NCBI GenBank assembly: GCA_035084275.1
Contig: CM068758.1
Location: 5,518,001 to 5,582,000, forward strand
Length of the DNA: 64,000 nucleotides
From: Hydrolagus colliei
Taxonomy: Eukaryota
Reading direction: 5' to 3'
The notes under the pieces: generated by a model
The model's database searches: none
What the model saw: the letters and a program-made list of their open reading frames with translations, nothing else
What the model was told of the DNA's origin: nothing
Made by a program: the position numbers and the translations under genes
Shown: piece by piece, positions 1 to 12,900 of the stretch
How positions within the stretch are numbered: position 1 is the first letter of the stretch
Layout of the letters: every line of letters begins with the position of its first letter

Positions 1-222
1 TCAAGTGAATTGACTGCATATATGTGGGTGAAATGCGGCAGCCAATTGTGCACAGCAGTGTCCCACAAACAGACGTGGATTGAAATGACCAATTTTTTTT
101 TAAGGGATTATTATGATTGGGTGTGTGGAGTAAGGAAACTTGCCCAAGGTTTTGCCCTGCCTGGAGTCCAACCCAGGTCTCTTGCTTGTAAAGCCAGTGC
201 TCCAACCATTGAGCTACAGAAG
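1..222 (-). mobile_element. tRNA-derived SINE (5' part; same family as 29373-29680)
   Basis: Reverse complement has A-box TAGCTCAATGG, B-box GGTTGGACTCC and the body shared with the other copies. Confidence 0.85.
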
Positions 223-356
223 TTTGTGGGATCTTTCCATGTGCAAACTGTATTTTCTTACAAAGCAGTCAGTATTTGTGATAGTTGTTACTGGTAAATC
301 ACATTGAGACATTCTAGGTGTTATTTAGCAAATGGAAGGATTATATTTATATAATA

Positions 357-663
357 CTGGCTGTACCCGTTGCAACTATGCTTATTATTGTAAACTGTAT
401 ATCACAACGGACGTGATGTCCCAATGTATGTCACAACTGATTGACGTAGATTCATGATTTCGAATACCTCATATTGTGGGGCTTAATTTTTAATATAACT
501 CGTCAGCATTTGGAGATCCCTCCAACATTATACACCCATGACACTGCCAGATGCAAGATCTTCCAATGAGGTATAAATCACGTCTCTACGTCAATTGGTT
601 GTTGCATGATTGTCAGATACACTGACACACATACACACATATGTTTTATTAGCATTTATTAGA
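357..663 (-). mobile_element. Non-autonomous Helitron-like element
   Basis: Minus strand reads A|TCTAATAAATGC...GTTGCAACGGGTACAGCCAG|T: TC start, CTAG-like end and A/T insertion site. Also has an internal inverted repeat and a CA microsatellite. Confidence 0.55.
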
Positions 664-776
664 TTAATAGCATATGTTTTGTGGTAAGACTTGAAGGACA
701 GCAATTTTCTCTGGGACCTGGTGGCTTTAGAGATGGATTGCAGCCAGATTTATCTAATTCCTCTCTTTCTTTTTAG

Positions 777-908
777 TCTGATTGGAACACCGCCAGGCAA
801 GGGTAACTGCCCAATCCTTCGTCCGTTACCATTTGACCTGGTGTACATGGACTATCATGGCTTGGGACAGCTCTATGGGCATATGGGCATCTCCTTTGAG
901 GAATACAA
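777..908 (+). CDS. MGAT5B: MGAT5B-like coding exon (LIGTPPGKGNCPILRPLPFDLVYMDYHGLGQLYGHMGISFEEYK)
   Basis: Acceptor ctttctttttag|T and donor AA|gtaggt. Resembles MGAT5B LGVPPGRGSCPLTMPLPFDLIYTDYHGL. Confidence 0.92.
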
Positions 909-3900
909 GTAGGTCTCCTGCATTATCCTCTGCTAGTTCCAACTGCATTTACAGTTGGGGTTCTGCTTGTTGTTGAAAAACATCAAGAATTAAAAATTCA
1001 CACATCAGAAGTCTGGTCTCCAGAACTCTCTTCTGATTTACATATAGGAACCATAGACACACACATACATACATATTTGTACTTACTGAGCAGAAAGGGA
1101 TTTATGTCTGGGTGCAAACTTATTGGGTGATAGACTAATGCATTGGAAGAATATTTTAAGTACACGTGTAAACGTCTTTTGTTCGACTTTTCCCAGTGTT
1201 TTTCCTATCCTTTTTATATATTTAAAAAAACATAAAACCCCACATGTACATTGTGTTTTACTCTGGATGAATATCTGCAGGCGGATGGCTGCAGTTCTGC
1301 ATTGACTGCCATGATTGCCAGTTCAATGTGATTAAAAAAAATATATTGTGTTGTCTTACATCTTCCTATCATTTACTTCAGCAACAAGCCTTTTGTACAA
1401 GCAAAACCAACTGCTGTTTTTTTTCACTCTACGACCTAAACTCTTGTGTCTTAGTTTACTAAATCTCTTCCAGTGAAGACCAGATGCCCAAATTTTCACC
1501 TTGTCTTAACCTCAAGAACATTGTTGGAATAATTTGAAATCAAGTAAAATTTTCAAAAATTCTTAAATCCAGTCTTTGGAAGCTGATTTTCTGTAGGATT
1601 TTTTAAAAAAGAAAAACTTAATTTAAGAATTTTCTAAATTGTGCATTTTTTAAATTATAAATCAATGGTTCTAAGCTTGATCAATTTCAGTCCACTGGTT
1701 ATCAGTAACCCATCATTGTGAGCAGATTTCCAGTTATTTGAGAGATGTTTGGGAGGAGGGGTTTTTGGATTTTATTTAATGAGAAGCTGAGGTGAAGGGA
1801 CGAAGAAGGGAGCTGTACCCAGCATTTTATAATTTGTTTTAAGGATAATTGGTGAGACATTGTGGGGGAGCTTTACCTAATTTAGGAGTACTGGTTAGGA
1901 AAGTTCAATCACTCGCTTTCATCAGCACAAATCTTAAATTATAGGAAGTGAGTACCGGTACATATTTGTCCCAGTCAAACGTTGACCTCAATGATTTCAG
2001 TGTAACTGGTTGTAACTGATCCTTAACTAACACAGAATGGTTTGAATCCCTTCTGTGGAGGTTCTGTGTAAAGGCATTGTTCTGTGTTTACACAGTGAGC
2101 CGTGAGATGTTTAAGAGATATATCAAGCAGGTGTTCTTGGTTTCAGGTGCCGTTTCCGGGTTATTGATTCATTTGGTACGGAACCATACTTTAACCACAG
2201 GAATTATGCAAATTTACACGGCTTCAGAACCATCTGGGGCAGTTGGAACCTGCAGCCACAGCAGTATATGACCATGTTCCGTGAGTACCACAAAGACATG
2301 TCCTCGTCACTCTTTCTTGTCTGTGTCTTGCTCCCTTTTCTCCAACTCAATATTTATTTTTCTTTCCTCATCTGTTTCTCACTTCCTCCTCTCTCTTCTT
2401 TCCGCACGTGTGTGTGTCTCATTCTCTATCCCTCTCTCCTTCCCTTCTCCATTTCAATCTCTCACCCGCTCTCCATCTGTATCTCGGCCCCTCTGCTTGT
2501 CTCTCGCATAGGTTATAGTGAGATATGCTGACTTTCCTCTGCAGTAAGGAATTGCTTACAGGAAACCCGCTCGCCTTAGCTGTCCATCATTTGTTGAGCA
2601 ATGGAAATGAATAACTAGCAATGAGCAGGGTGATGTGGAAACCCCACTGGTGGGATAATTTGCAGGAAGCGATGAGATAACATCTGCTTTTTCTGCCCTG
2701 TAAGTTTATATCCAATGAATCATTACAACTCTCTCATAAATTTGAAGAAATAAAATGTTAAGGAAATCCAATGTCATTTCAGAAAACACAAGTCCGTGTA
2801 GGTGTTGAGTGTTGCTCAAGAGGAATGGGCAAGGGCTCACTGCAAGACTTCCAAAAAAAGTTAACTCAAAGGATTGAGCATTGGATGATAGAGTTTTTCG
2901 AACTCTGCTCTAAACACAAGAGAGGTTTTGTATTATACCCACAGGGGAGGAAGAAAGTAGGTGTATATCCTATTCTACAACAGTGTTTTACCTCTCCCTG
3001 CTAAAGCTAATATAGCACTCATTCACCAGGATCCAAGAGGATCAGGTGATAAATGTCCTTTGGTCTGATGATTCTCATCCCTCCAGAATTTCAACCCCAA
3101 CTCTCTTTCCGTTACAGCATCTAGTTGATTCCTAAATGGTTAGGGTAATTATTAAAATACAAGTGATGTGGCTTGAGAATGTGGGGGTCTAAAAAGCTAC
3201 ATTTTCAGATGACGCCATTCATTAATTACTTTGCGAAGTGTGGAGGGTGCACTAGGACAAAATTGTGTTAGAGAACTGTTCTAGTAGGTTAGCGCAATGT
3301 ATTTATTTGTCAATAAAATAAATTGCCATATTTTAGACTTCCAATAATATAAATTTCACACTTGTTTTTGTCAAATTTAATTGATTAGTGATGCATTTGG
3401 TTTTGCTTTACGTCATCAGTTCTCCCTCCCCATTCTCTACCTGCTTTCTGTTTTGTACTGTCCTAAATTTGAGAGAACCTAACTTTCTCATTCCACGTGT
3501 GTGTGTCTCTCTTTCTCTTTCTCTCCCTTTCAGCCTGTATGATTTCATCTGGCCAGATTGCTCAATTTGCTATCCTCCTTTACCAATAAATGCAAAGATT
3601 GTTCCATACTATTCACACTTTTTACAAGATTACATGAGATGTTCTGATAACCTTTGGCTCCATTTGTTCTCATCTTTCCAGAATAATCATTAACTCTTCT
3701 CCCACAGCAGCGTCAAACAATTTCTTAACTGAGCCTAGTGCCTTGGTTTCTGGAACCTACTTGATAACCAGTTATTAACCAGCTGTTAATTACCCTAAAA
3801 AAGGTCTTACTGGTGTTTATCCCCAAACTGTCCTTCACAATACCGTCCTACGTGTCCCTTGTCTTTGGCTTATCTGAAAGTATTAGTCAGTATTTACTTT

Positions 3901-6900
3901 CTATTCAGCTCTTTCTTTTCCTTTACAAGCTTTCCTCCATAATGTCTCTTCATGAGGCCTGAAATTATCTGGGGCTTGGAATTCCACACAGTGTTTGTCC
4001 ATGAGACTTTTATCTTAAAATTGAAGCTTGTGCAGAATTATAGAATATGTGGATGTACAATGTTTTTTTTCAGAAGATGGTTGTTTTCAACAACCGTAGA
4101 AAATCAGGGGTGGGGTGAAGAAAGAAAGATACATCTCTGTCTCTAACACAGGCAAACACAATTTGAGTAAACAACAAATTGCTATATGAAAATAGTTTTG
4201 CTTTAAGATTTTCTGATTTTCTTTTATTGGGTGACTGAATCTCCAGGCTTTACTACAGGAACCTGGTGTTAACCGCACTCAGACTGCCTCGCCATGCCAA
4301 GGGTTTACCACCGGGAACATTTGTACATTTACGTCCTGGCCACAAAAGAAACAAGTTATTTGGTGGTTTAAAACCTGAGATCTGTGTTTGTATAGTACAC
4401 TGGGGCTCACATTTCGGCGTTGTGCAATATTCCATACAGTCAAGCCTCGCTCAAAAACAAAAACAGTTTGCCAAGGAAATATTATGCTTGGATCAGGAAG
4501 GATTATGCTTGGATCAGGAGTTCTTTGTAATAAGAATGAAAGGGAATGGTGCTTTGGAATTTGATGTCCCATTATGCCTGGATCAGACAGGCATTTATCT
4601 AGACCCTTGAGTTTATTGACCAAACCTAGAATGGTTTGAGCAGCCATGTTCAAACATTATCACTCTCCATCTCTCTCTCTCTGTCTCTCAACCTTACATG
4701 TCTCTTTATTTTATGGATACTACTCTAGATCATTGTTCCTCTGGTATTTCCTCTTTTGTTCCTCCAAGCTCCAAACACCACAAACCCATCCACACTTCCG
4801 CTTTGCAACCATCAGTGGTTGAAATCAAAACTGTCCCCTACTCCAGTTCATTCCTTTCTCCCCATCTTTCTGTCTCCTCTTCCTATTATCTTGTAGCTTT
4901 TGAACCTTGAGCTTGATGTCAAGTAAGCACATGTTTGGTTTTGTTTGCTTCTTTTTATCAGTCCTGGTGGTGTCCTGCACTCTCGAGATTTGGCCCTTCG
5001 TCAAGGTTTATCAACAAAAAGACATTTCATTATAATTATATGATAGAAAGTATAAAAGAAAAGACTTTCTCCAAAGTGTAACACACTCAAACTTTGAAGA
5101 GTAATAAAATGGCTGAGATAATGATGGACACTGCTGTGCACAATTGGCTGCCGTGTTTTGCCCACACGTATACAGTCAATTCACTTTATAGTATAATCTG
5201 TGAAGCACTTTGAGACATTGATAAGATGTGAAAAGCGCTATATCAAATGCAAGGATTATTATTATTATGAACCCAGTATTGGAATGAACAGCCTGGTTTG
5301 TTATTAATAAGGTCTGTCATGGTTCAAATTGAAGGTGGAAAGTTGAAGATTGAATTATTGTAATGGATTTTGGTGTTGAGTAAGCTAGCGAGTACTACTA
5401 GCTAGTTTTATATTAGCTTTGTTAATGGTTGCCTCATGTTTTGGGTCTAAACAAATAGGAAATTAGTTTATAATGGATGTAATTTGCTTGCTGCAGCTCA
5501 CACGCCAGACAACTCCTTCATGGGGTTTGTCTCCGAGGAGTTGGATGAAGCTGAGAAGAGAGAAACCAAAGCCCAAAAAGGCCAGAACCTGGCGGTGGTG
5601 TATGGCAAACAAGACTACATGTGGCAGGTAGTGCAATGTGCCATGTACTAACACAGCTGGGCGAGCTTCACCACTCTGACGCTGGTGAAATTAGAATATG
5701 GCTGTTATTAACCTGACTCGCAGCAGTGCTGTCCGATAGTCAAGAGCCTCTGGCAGGGCCAAGTCTGAAGGGAGATTGTATTTTCAACACCTTTGAAGTC
5801 ATCAGTGCCAGCATCAGTTTATACCCACCGCTAGAGACGAACACTGTCATAGTTTCTGTCCGGTGAGGTTAGTCTGATGGTCGCTTTGTTGCTGGTTGGT
5901 TTGCAATAGATCTCCGAGATTACTCAATAGCCGTGAAAAAAAAATTCAGAGCATAGCTTTCAAGCTGTCACATGGAGTTTAAACTGAAGTCCCGTCTGCT
6001 AGGTAAACAGGTTTGTGGAGGAAGGAAACTTGGTTAAGTTTTCACCCTACCCGGGAATCAAACTGGGTCCTCTCGCCCATGAAGCGAGTACTCTAATCAA
6101 TATTCTACATACAGGATAGTACAGAATGTTGCCAACTGTACAGAAATTAAAGATGCCACTTAATGAGTCTAATCAAACTGACTTGGATGCTGTAAGTACT
6201 TTGGTGTATTTTTACTGATTGATTTATTTTAGCACAAGAAGAATTTATAGTTGCCTCTTCTGATGGTTTATCCATAGTGGTTTTAAAAACCCCTTTACTC
6301 TTCTGACCTGTCTTATAGGATATGGATGATTACCTTGAGACTATCAACAAGGTAATGGAAATCCATGGGACAGTATACGATGACCCCGAGAGAGAAACTA
6401 GGATACCGAGTTTTGTCATAAACCACGGTGTCCTCTCACAGGACAATTTGCAGCAACTGCTCAAGAAAGCAAAGGTAATTTCACAGTTTGAAACAAACAA
6501 AAAATGAATGTAAGAAAATTCACAAAATGAGGCCTTTCGGTTCCCCAGCCTCTTTCTAACAGACTATATTTTAACACTATGAAGGACAAATTGTGGGCCA
6601 AAGACTTATGTTCTTACAAAACATATTCTCATATTTACCTGAATATATTTAATCTTGAGGCAGATAAAGAGCCTTTGACGAGACTTCAAAGAGAGAAGCT
6701 TGTGAAATCTCTTTCTGATGGTCAAAGACGTTTGAGCAGTTGACATGAAGCTGTTCATTTAACATTCACCTGTGCCCAGTCTTTGTTTCCCTAGAGAACT
6801 AGTCTTGCTTTATGTTAGTTCCATAGTGCTATTTTATGCACTATTTCCTTACAAAAACTGTCTGTACACTTGACAATTATCCACAAAGCGCTTATGAGAT

Positions 6901-9900
6901 ATTGTCATATGACGCATGATCAGATGCAGGGATTAGAAGTACTGTAGTTACCTACTGTTAGTTTATGTTACTAGTTATGGACTCCACTGGTAGTTTGTCT
7001 TGTTGGATACTTGTAGCTTGTGGTAGTTTATTTTGCTGGTTATTGAATTTAGAGCAGTTGCTGATGGCCAATCAGTGGCCAATTTTTTTGTTTATCTCTG
7101 GGAATGAGATATCCAAACTTGAATCAGACACTTTTTTTTTTAAAAAAAGATAGAAGGCGGAATCTTTAACAGTAGTGAAAAAAAAACTTGGAAAATATTA
7201 GTCAGACAAAGATCATTTTCTGAAATATTTATTCACTGCAGAACTAGAGACTGTATCAGCAGTATCTGCTAGGATGGAATTGGCCACAGCTGCTAGAGTC
7301 AATATTTTTATAACAGAAGACTGCTCCTTTTGATGTTCTGCTTTTTTTTCATGAGTTTCCAGTTGGCACGGGCCACAAGTTGTCCATCATTATCGACCAA
7401 ATTCTTTAAGTAGCAATGAGATTTTCCAACCTCCACAAAGAGTACTGTCAGCTGGGCGCAGCCGCCAAGACGCACTGTCTCCTCAGTGTAAACCCGTCCA
7501 CGAGGTTGGAGCTGAATGATGGGTTTGCGTGCAAACGGATGGCAGCTACACCTGGCTTGTAATCACTGTAACAAGCAGAAACATCTCTCTTATCATTTTT
7601 ACCTTGATTCTTTCATTAAAAGAACATCTTTATAGTGTTTCACAGTGGAACGTTCCTCAACTCCCTGTAGAGTTCTCATTATCAAGAGTAATGATCTTTT
7701 TTTTTGTTGGCAAATTTAGTAGCCATATTGTGCACAGTAGGATTCCACAAACAACCATCATATTGATTTACTCTGAAGGATTAATATCCACTTGAGGATA
7801 GGCAGATGGGATCTTGGTTTAAAATCTTTATCAAAAGGACAGAACGTACCCCCAACAATGCAGCACTCTCCACTACTGCACTGAATTTTCCACCGACCTG
7901 CTGAGCTCACAAGCTGATATGGTTTGAGCCCACGATCTTCTATTTGTCCTTGGGTGAACATTGTAGATCTAATGACCCTGTTGGGAAAGTGCAGGGAATT
8001 TCTCCTGGTCTTTTGGCAAATCATTATTTAAGTAAAACGCAAAATACTGCAGATGCTGGAAGTGTGAGACAAAAACATGAATTACTGGGAACACTCAGCA
8101 GGTCAGGCAGCATCTATGGAGAAAGGAAAAGTGAGTCCATGTTTTGGGTCCACGACCTTTCATCAGAACTGGGGCATATAGGGAGGGAGAGGCTTTTAAG
8201 GACTAACAGAGAGAGGGTGAGGCAGGGCAAGGAATTCTTTAAGTAAATTGGTCTTTCACTTCATGGAAGTTTGCAAGACCCTTACTCCGTACAAAAATTG
8301 GTTTATGTGGTTTCAGTTATATGAGGTGACTTAGATATGAAGCATGGCCATCTCAGTTATGTGGTGGAGGAATGACGGTGTGCAGACAATGTACAGAATG
8401 GTGTGTACACCCCTTCAGGTGGGAGGGGATTGAGTGTCTTTGCTGCTTTTTTGTTACTGAGTCCTTCTTACTGTTTTGTAGCTGTTTGTTGGAATGGGGT
8501 TTCCATATGAAGGACCGGCTCCTCTTGAGGCTATTGCTCATGGCTGTGTGTTCATCCAGCCTCGATTCACACCGGCTCACAGCTCGCGGAACAATGCCTT
8601 CTACAACGGAAAACCTACCCTGAGAGAGGTACTTGCACAAACATAGTGGTTTGAGACTTTCACCAAAGTATTGGTGGAGTATTTTAATGCCATTCTTTAG
8701 CATATTAAGAAATGAGATGTAGTTAGGAATACCCCAAGGTTTATCCAGTTATTTCAATTCAGGCTAGAGGGAAATCCAGGGAGTAACTTGGCACAAGTAA
8801 TTCTGGTGTCAACAACTAAATGCTCAGTCGAAAAGGAAGGTTTTTAGGCGGGACATGAAAAAGGAGAGGAAGGTGGCAAGATGGAGGGATTGAGGGAAAA
8901 TGTTCCAGCGTTCTCTGGGGCGTAGTGGCTGAAAGCGTGACTTCCAATGGTGGGGCGGAGGCATGGAGGATGAGTAGGATGGTGCCAGTCAAAGAGGTAG
9001 GGAGGTGCCAGGGAGTGAGTGGATTTGAACACAAATTTCAAACTACAGTATTCCAATATTTTATTGGATCAAGACAGATCTTTTAAGTCCATTTAACTAA
9101 CTTTTTTGTCTCTGGCTGGTCTCCCTTGTCTCCAGCTGGTAACCTGTTTTCACTGTACACTGAAAGATGTACCACATTTGTCTCAACATGTGTTCCAGGT
9201 CCGTTCCCAACATCCATATACGGAAGAATACATTGGAATGCCTCACGTATGGACAGTAAATATAACTAACGCCACCGAGGTGCTCGAAGCTGTGAACTCT
9301 GCGCTGGCAGTAGAGGTTAACTGACATTTATCATTTACTTTCTTTCAAGTTGGAAAGGTGGGTGCGCAGGGGGACAGCTCAGGATTAGGCTGTGGTTTCT
9401 GTTTTATAATAATCCTTGCATTTGATACAGCGCCTTATCACATATCCTGAGACGTCACAAAATGCTTCACAGGGTACACTGTAAAGTGTAGAGACTGTGT
9501 GTTTTGTGGGTGTAATGTCGCAGCCAGTTGCATTTTCATTCCCTTGTGCTGTGAGTTCCGTTTCAGTTCTGCATTTCAAGGAAGAGTCATCTCGCTGATG
9601 TGTCTTCGCTTTGCTATGTCTCAATGATGTGATAACAACAACAAAATTGCATTTGTAGAGCGCCTTTCACGTCGGGAGGATGTCCCAAGGCGTTGAAAGG
9701 TGCTATGTCAAATGTAAGGATTATTACTATTAGAGTCCATTGGAGAGGTTCTGCCTTACTCCCTATCTGCAGGGTGGTACTTACACTGGGAATGGTCTAA
9801 GCTGTAAAGGAACTCAGTTGCTTGGGGGTAAAAAACAAGCTTGTTTTTGAGGGTATGTTGCTCGTTTCCCCTCCTGAGTCGCACATCTCCTATGTACCAG

Positions 9901-12900
9901 CTGCTCTTAAGCTGATCAACAAATATGCAGCAGCAAGCATGGCTTAATTTTCTCCTCCAGAGCATGGACACTGAGGCCAAATGTAACCAGTACAATCACC
10001 TCAACTCAATCAATAGAGACTGTGGATAAAACCTAGGACCTTCTAGGCCTGTATGGGTCACTTCCACACATGGCAACAGCTCTACCAATAGAGCCTGGAG
10101 GGGATTTAGTGTTTTTAACTTGTTTGACTTTCCCTGCCAAGCCACATCCTTCAACTAGAGCATAGGCCAAGCTCTGCTCCTCCTTAGCTAGATTCAGGAG
10201 TGGGTACACACGCAGGGTACACATGTGTGTGTGCCTGTATGTGTGCATGTATGAAGCAAGACTAGTCTTGTAGGACTTGTCCAGTTCTTTGGAAATGGGC
10301 AGTGTAATGTGAAGACAGATATGCCAATGTGCGACCTACACATGTGAGGTTTATATTGAAACTAACTCGATTGACTGGCTTTCACCAGCATTGTGTGAAT
10401 GGGTTCACTCTGGAGTTGAATGACTTCACTGGGTGACTCCTGACCAATCTTTTGAGTTGCAAATGGTCTTGTTTTAGAGGCTGAAAGGGCAGAAAGAAGA
10501 AGGATTTGATGTTTAACAGCACATAAATGTATTGCAACTGCCGTTTAGGTGGAGCCGTACACTCCGTATGAGTTCACCTGCGAGGGAATGTTGGAGCGTG
10601 TCTTTGCTTACATCACTCATCAGGTATGTGTGAGAATAACTGAGCACCGTCTGTATGGAATTTACGTTAATTATTGAAGTGGGGAAAGGCTTCTCAAGCC
10701 CTCTGCGATGGTACCCTATGTGAGGGGCATAATATAAATGCAAGTTGTTGTTGTTGTGAGCAACTCGCTGGCGACCGCTCTGTACAGTCCAATTAGATTT
10801 TCTTTATTGTCCAACACTGCCTGTTCTGGCGGGATATTTACTTATCTCATTCAGCTGCGATGACTTGGATTGTATAGTGCCTTTCACATTCGATAATATC
10901 TCAAAGCTGTTCACCAAGACAATGGAGTTTACAATGCGTAAAGAGGATAGAGAGTTTAAGGTTGTTGACTCAAGTCAAATCAGAGTGAATGATTTTCATA
11001 TGACTGGATCACATCTGATTGAGTCCTGGTGTCTGTGAATACACATGGATTTTGAGCGTCTCTGAGTTAGTTTGGGTGAAGGGAGGCTGGGAATCTCTCT
11101 CATCTCTGTTGATGGATTTGGCTGAAGAACATGGATATTAAATTGCAAATCTCGTAAAGAGGATTATAGTAGAAGTTTATCACAATTTGTGTAGGACATA
11201 AATGTTTCATACGTTGTGTTGGAAGCATTGTATCTCCTCCCTCACACAGCTTGTTCTGATCTCAGATCCCACTCCCTGACACATCTTTATACCTCTGAAA
11301 ATCACAACACAACGCTGAAGATTTTATCAACTGAATTGAGTTTCCTCCATTGAAGGGAACTACTGCCTTAGTGGAATGCAGTTAGTGACACCATGCTGCA
11401 GGGGGTTTGGTTGGGGGGGTATGTCGAGAGAGACGAAAGAGGATCCAGCAGGGAAAGTTCAAGATGAGAATCTCTTCAGATCATTTGTGCTGATCTAGTG
11501 TTGTCTCAAACCCTATTGGCAATTTATTTACTGCTTGCTATTGGTGCTTTTTCATAAAGGTGGTGGTGGTGTGGGTGGCAGTGGGGATGGGGGGCTAAAG
11601 AATGAGGAAGAATGATTCTGTAAACGGTGATTATTATCCTTTTAAAGCTCCAGGCACAGGGTTATCCCTACCTGTGTGTCTCTCTTACTAGGTTACAGTC
11701 AGTTCGCCTATTCTTCATGTGAAGGATTCCATGATGATACTTGAAGAGAAAAATGTTTTTTTCCCAGTGTCGTGGCCAACAATCATTCAGGTTAATGCCT
11801 CATTCACCACATGATTGTTCTGCTGTAGGCAACATGGTTGCTACTTTTGCCTACAAAAACAGTCACTACACTAGACAGCAATTACTGTTAAGTTCTTTGA
11901 GAAGTTTTGATGTGATTAGACGCTAATTAAAAAGAAACCCAAGTTATTTTAGTGCTCCTGCTGTTATGCGTTGAGAAATTTATTTAGATCTGAAAGCTAA
12001 TCCTTAAATTTAGGATGATCATCTGAAATGTTAATTGAAACCTCCTAACCCTCTACCAACCTGTTCGCTACTTCTGATCAGCGGGCTCCGGCCTGCTTCA
12101 TGTCCCCTGATCCATCCACCCCATCATCGGCCCCACCCCACCCTCAGCTACTCTGTCCCCAACCTTTGGAATTCCATCCTGTAATCCCTCCGCCTCCCCA
12201 CCTCCCTAGCCTCCTATAGATCCCACCTCGAGACCCTTCTTTTTGACCGTGCCATGGTCGATAGACACACCAGCAGTGGAAGGTACAATTAAGCAGGAGC
12301 CCTGTTACTATTTTGGAGGTGACGTCAGGACAGTTTCAAGGCTGCACAGAGCTTGTTCACTTAAATATTAGCAGTTGCCACTGGGGGGCTGTACAAAGCC
12401 AACAATCCCGCAGGGCAGACCAGAGCAGCCAAGGCTGGAGCAGCTCTTGTGATGCAATGAAAACTAGGCGCACAAACACAAGAAGCAGCAGCCAAAGCAT
12501 TTATCAACTAACGAGTTAAAACGCTGCCAAGAACAGTCCTCTCCCCATGACTGTTATCAATAATATTTCATAATGAAAACAAAAGAGATTTATTCTTTTT
12601 TTATATAAAAAAAATTAATGTTTTGGACTTTGGAGTAAATTGCCTCCTGGAACTCAGCTCTTGTGTGGAATAATCAGCGACACTGCAAAATCAGAGGAAA
12701 GAAGATTCAGGGATGAGATTGTTCTTGGATTGTTTTCTGATGTTTCTCTGAATTTTTTTCAAGACTCCAATTTTTAAAAAATTAAAGTAAATATGTGCTT
12801 ATATTGTCCAGTCGGTAAAGGACTGATTAAAGGATTGTACAGCTGGGCCTAAAAATACCCAGGGAGGTCCTGGGTCAAACTCTGGTCAGTGTAGAATTAG

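Noticed and set aside
4975-5010. Minus-strand hammerhead-like motif TTGACGAAGGG...CTCGAGAG
   Set aside because: Both core boxes deviate (no CTGANGA, no GAAA) and the flanking stems are not supported.
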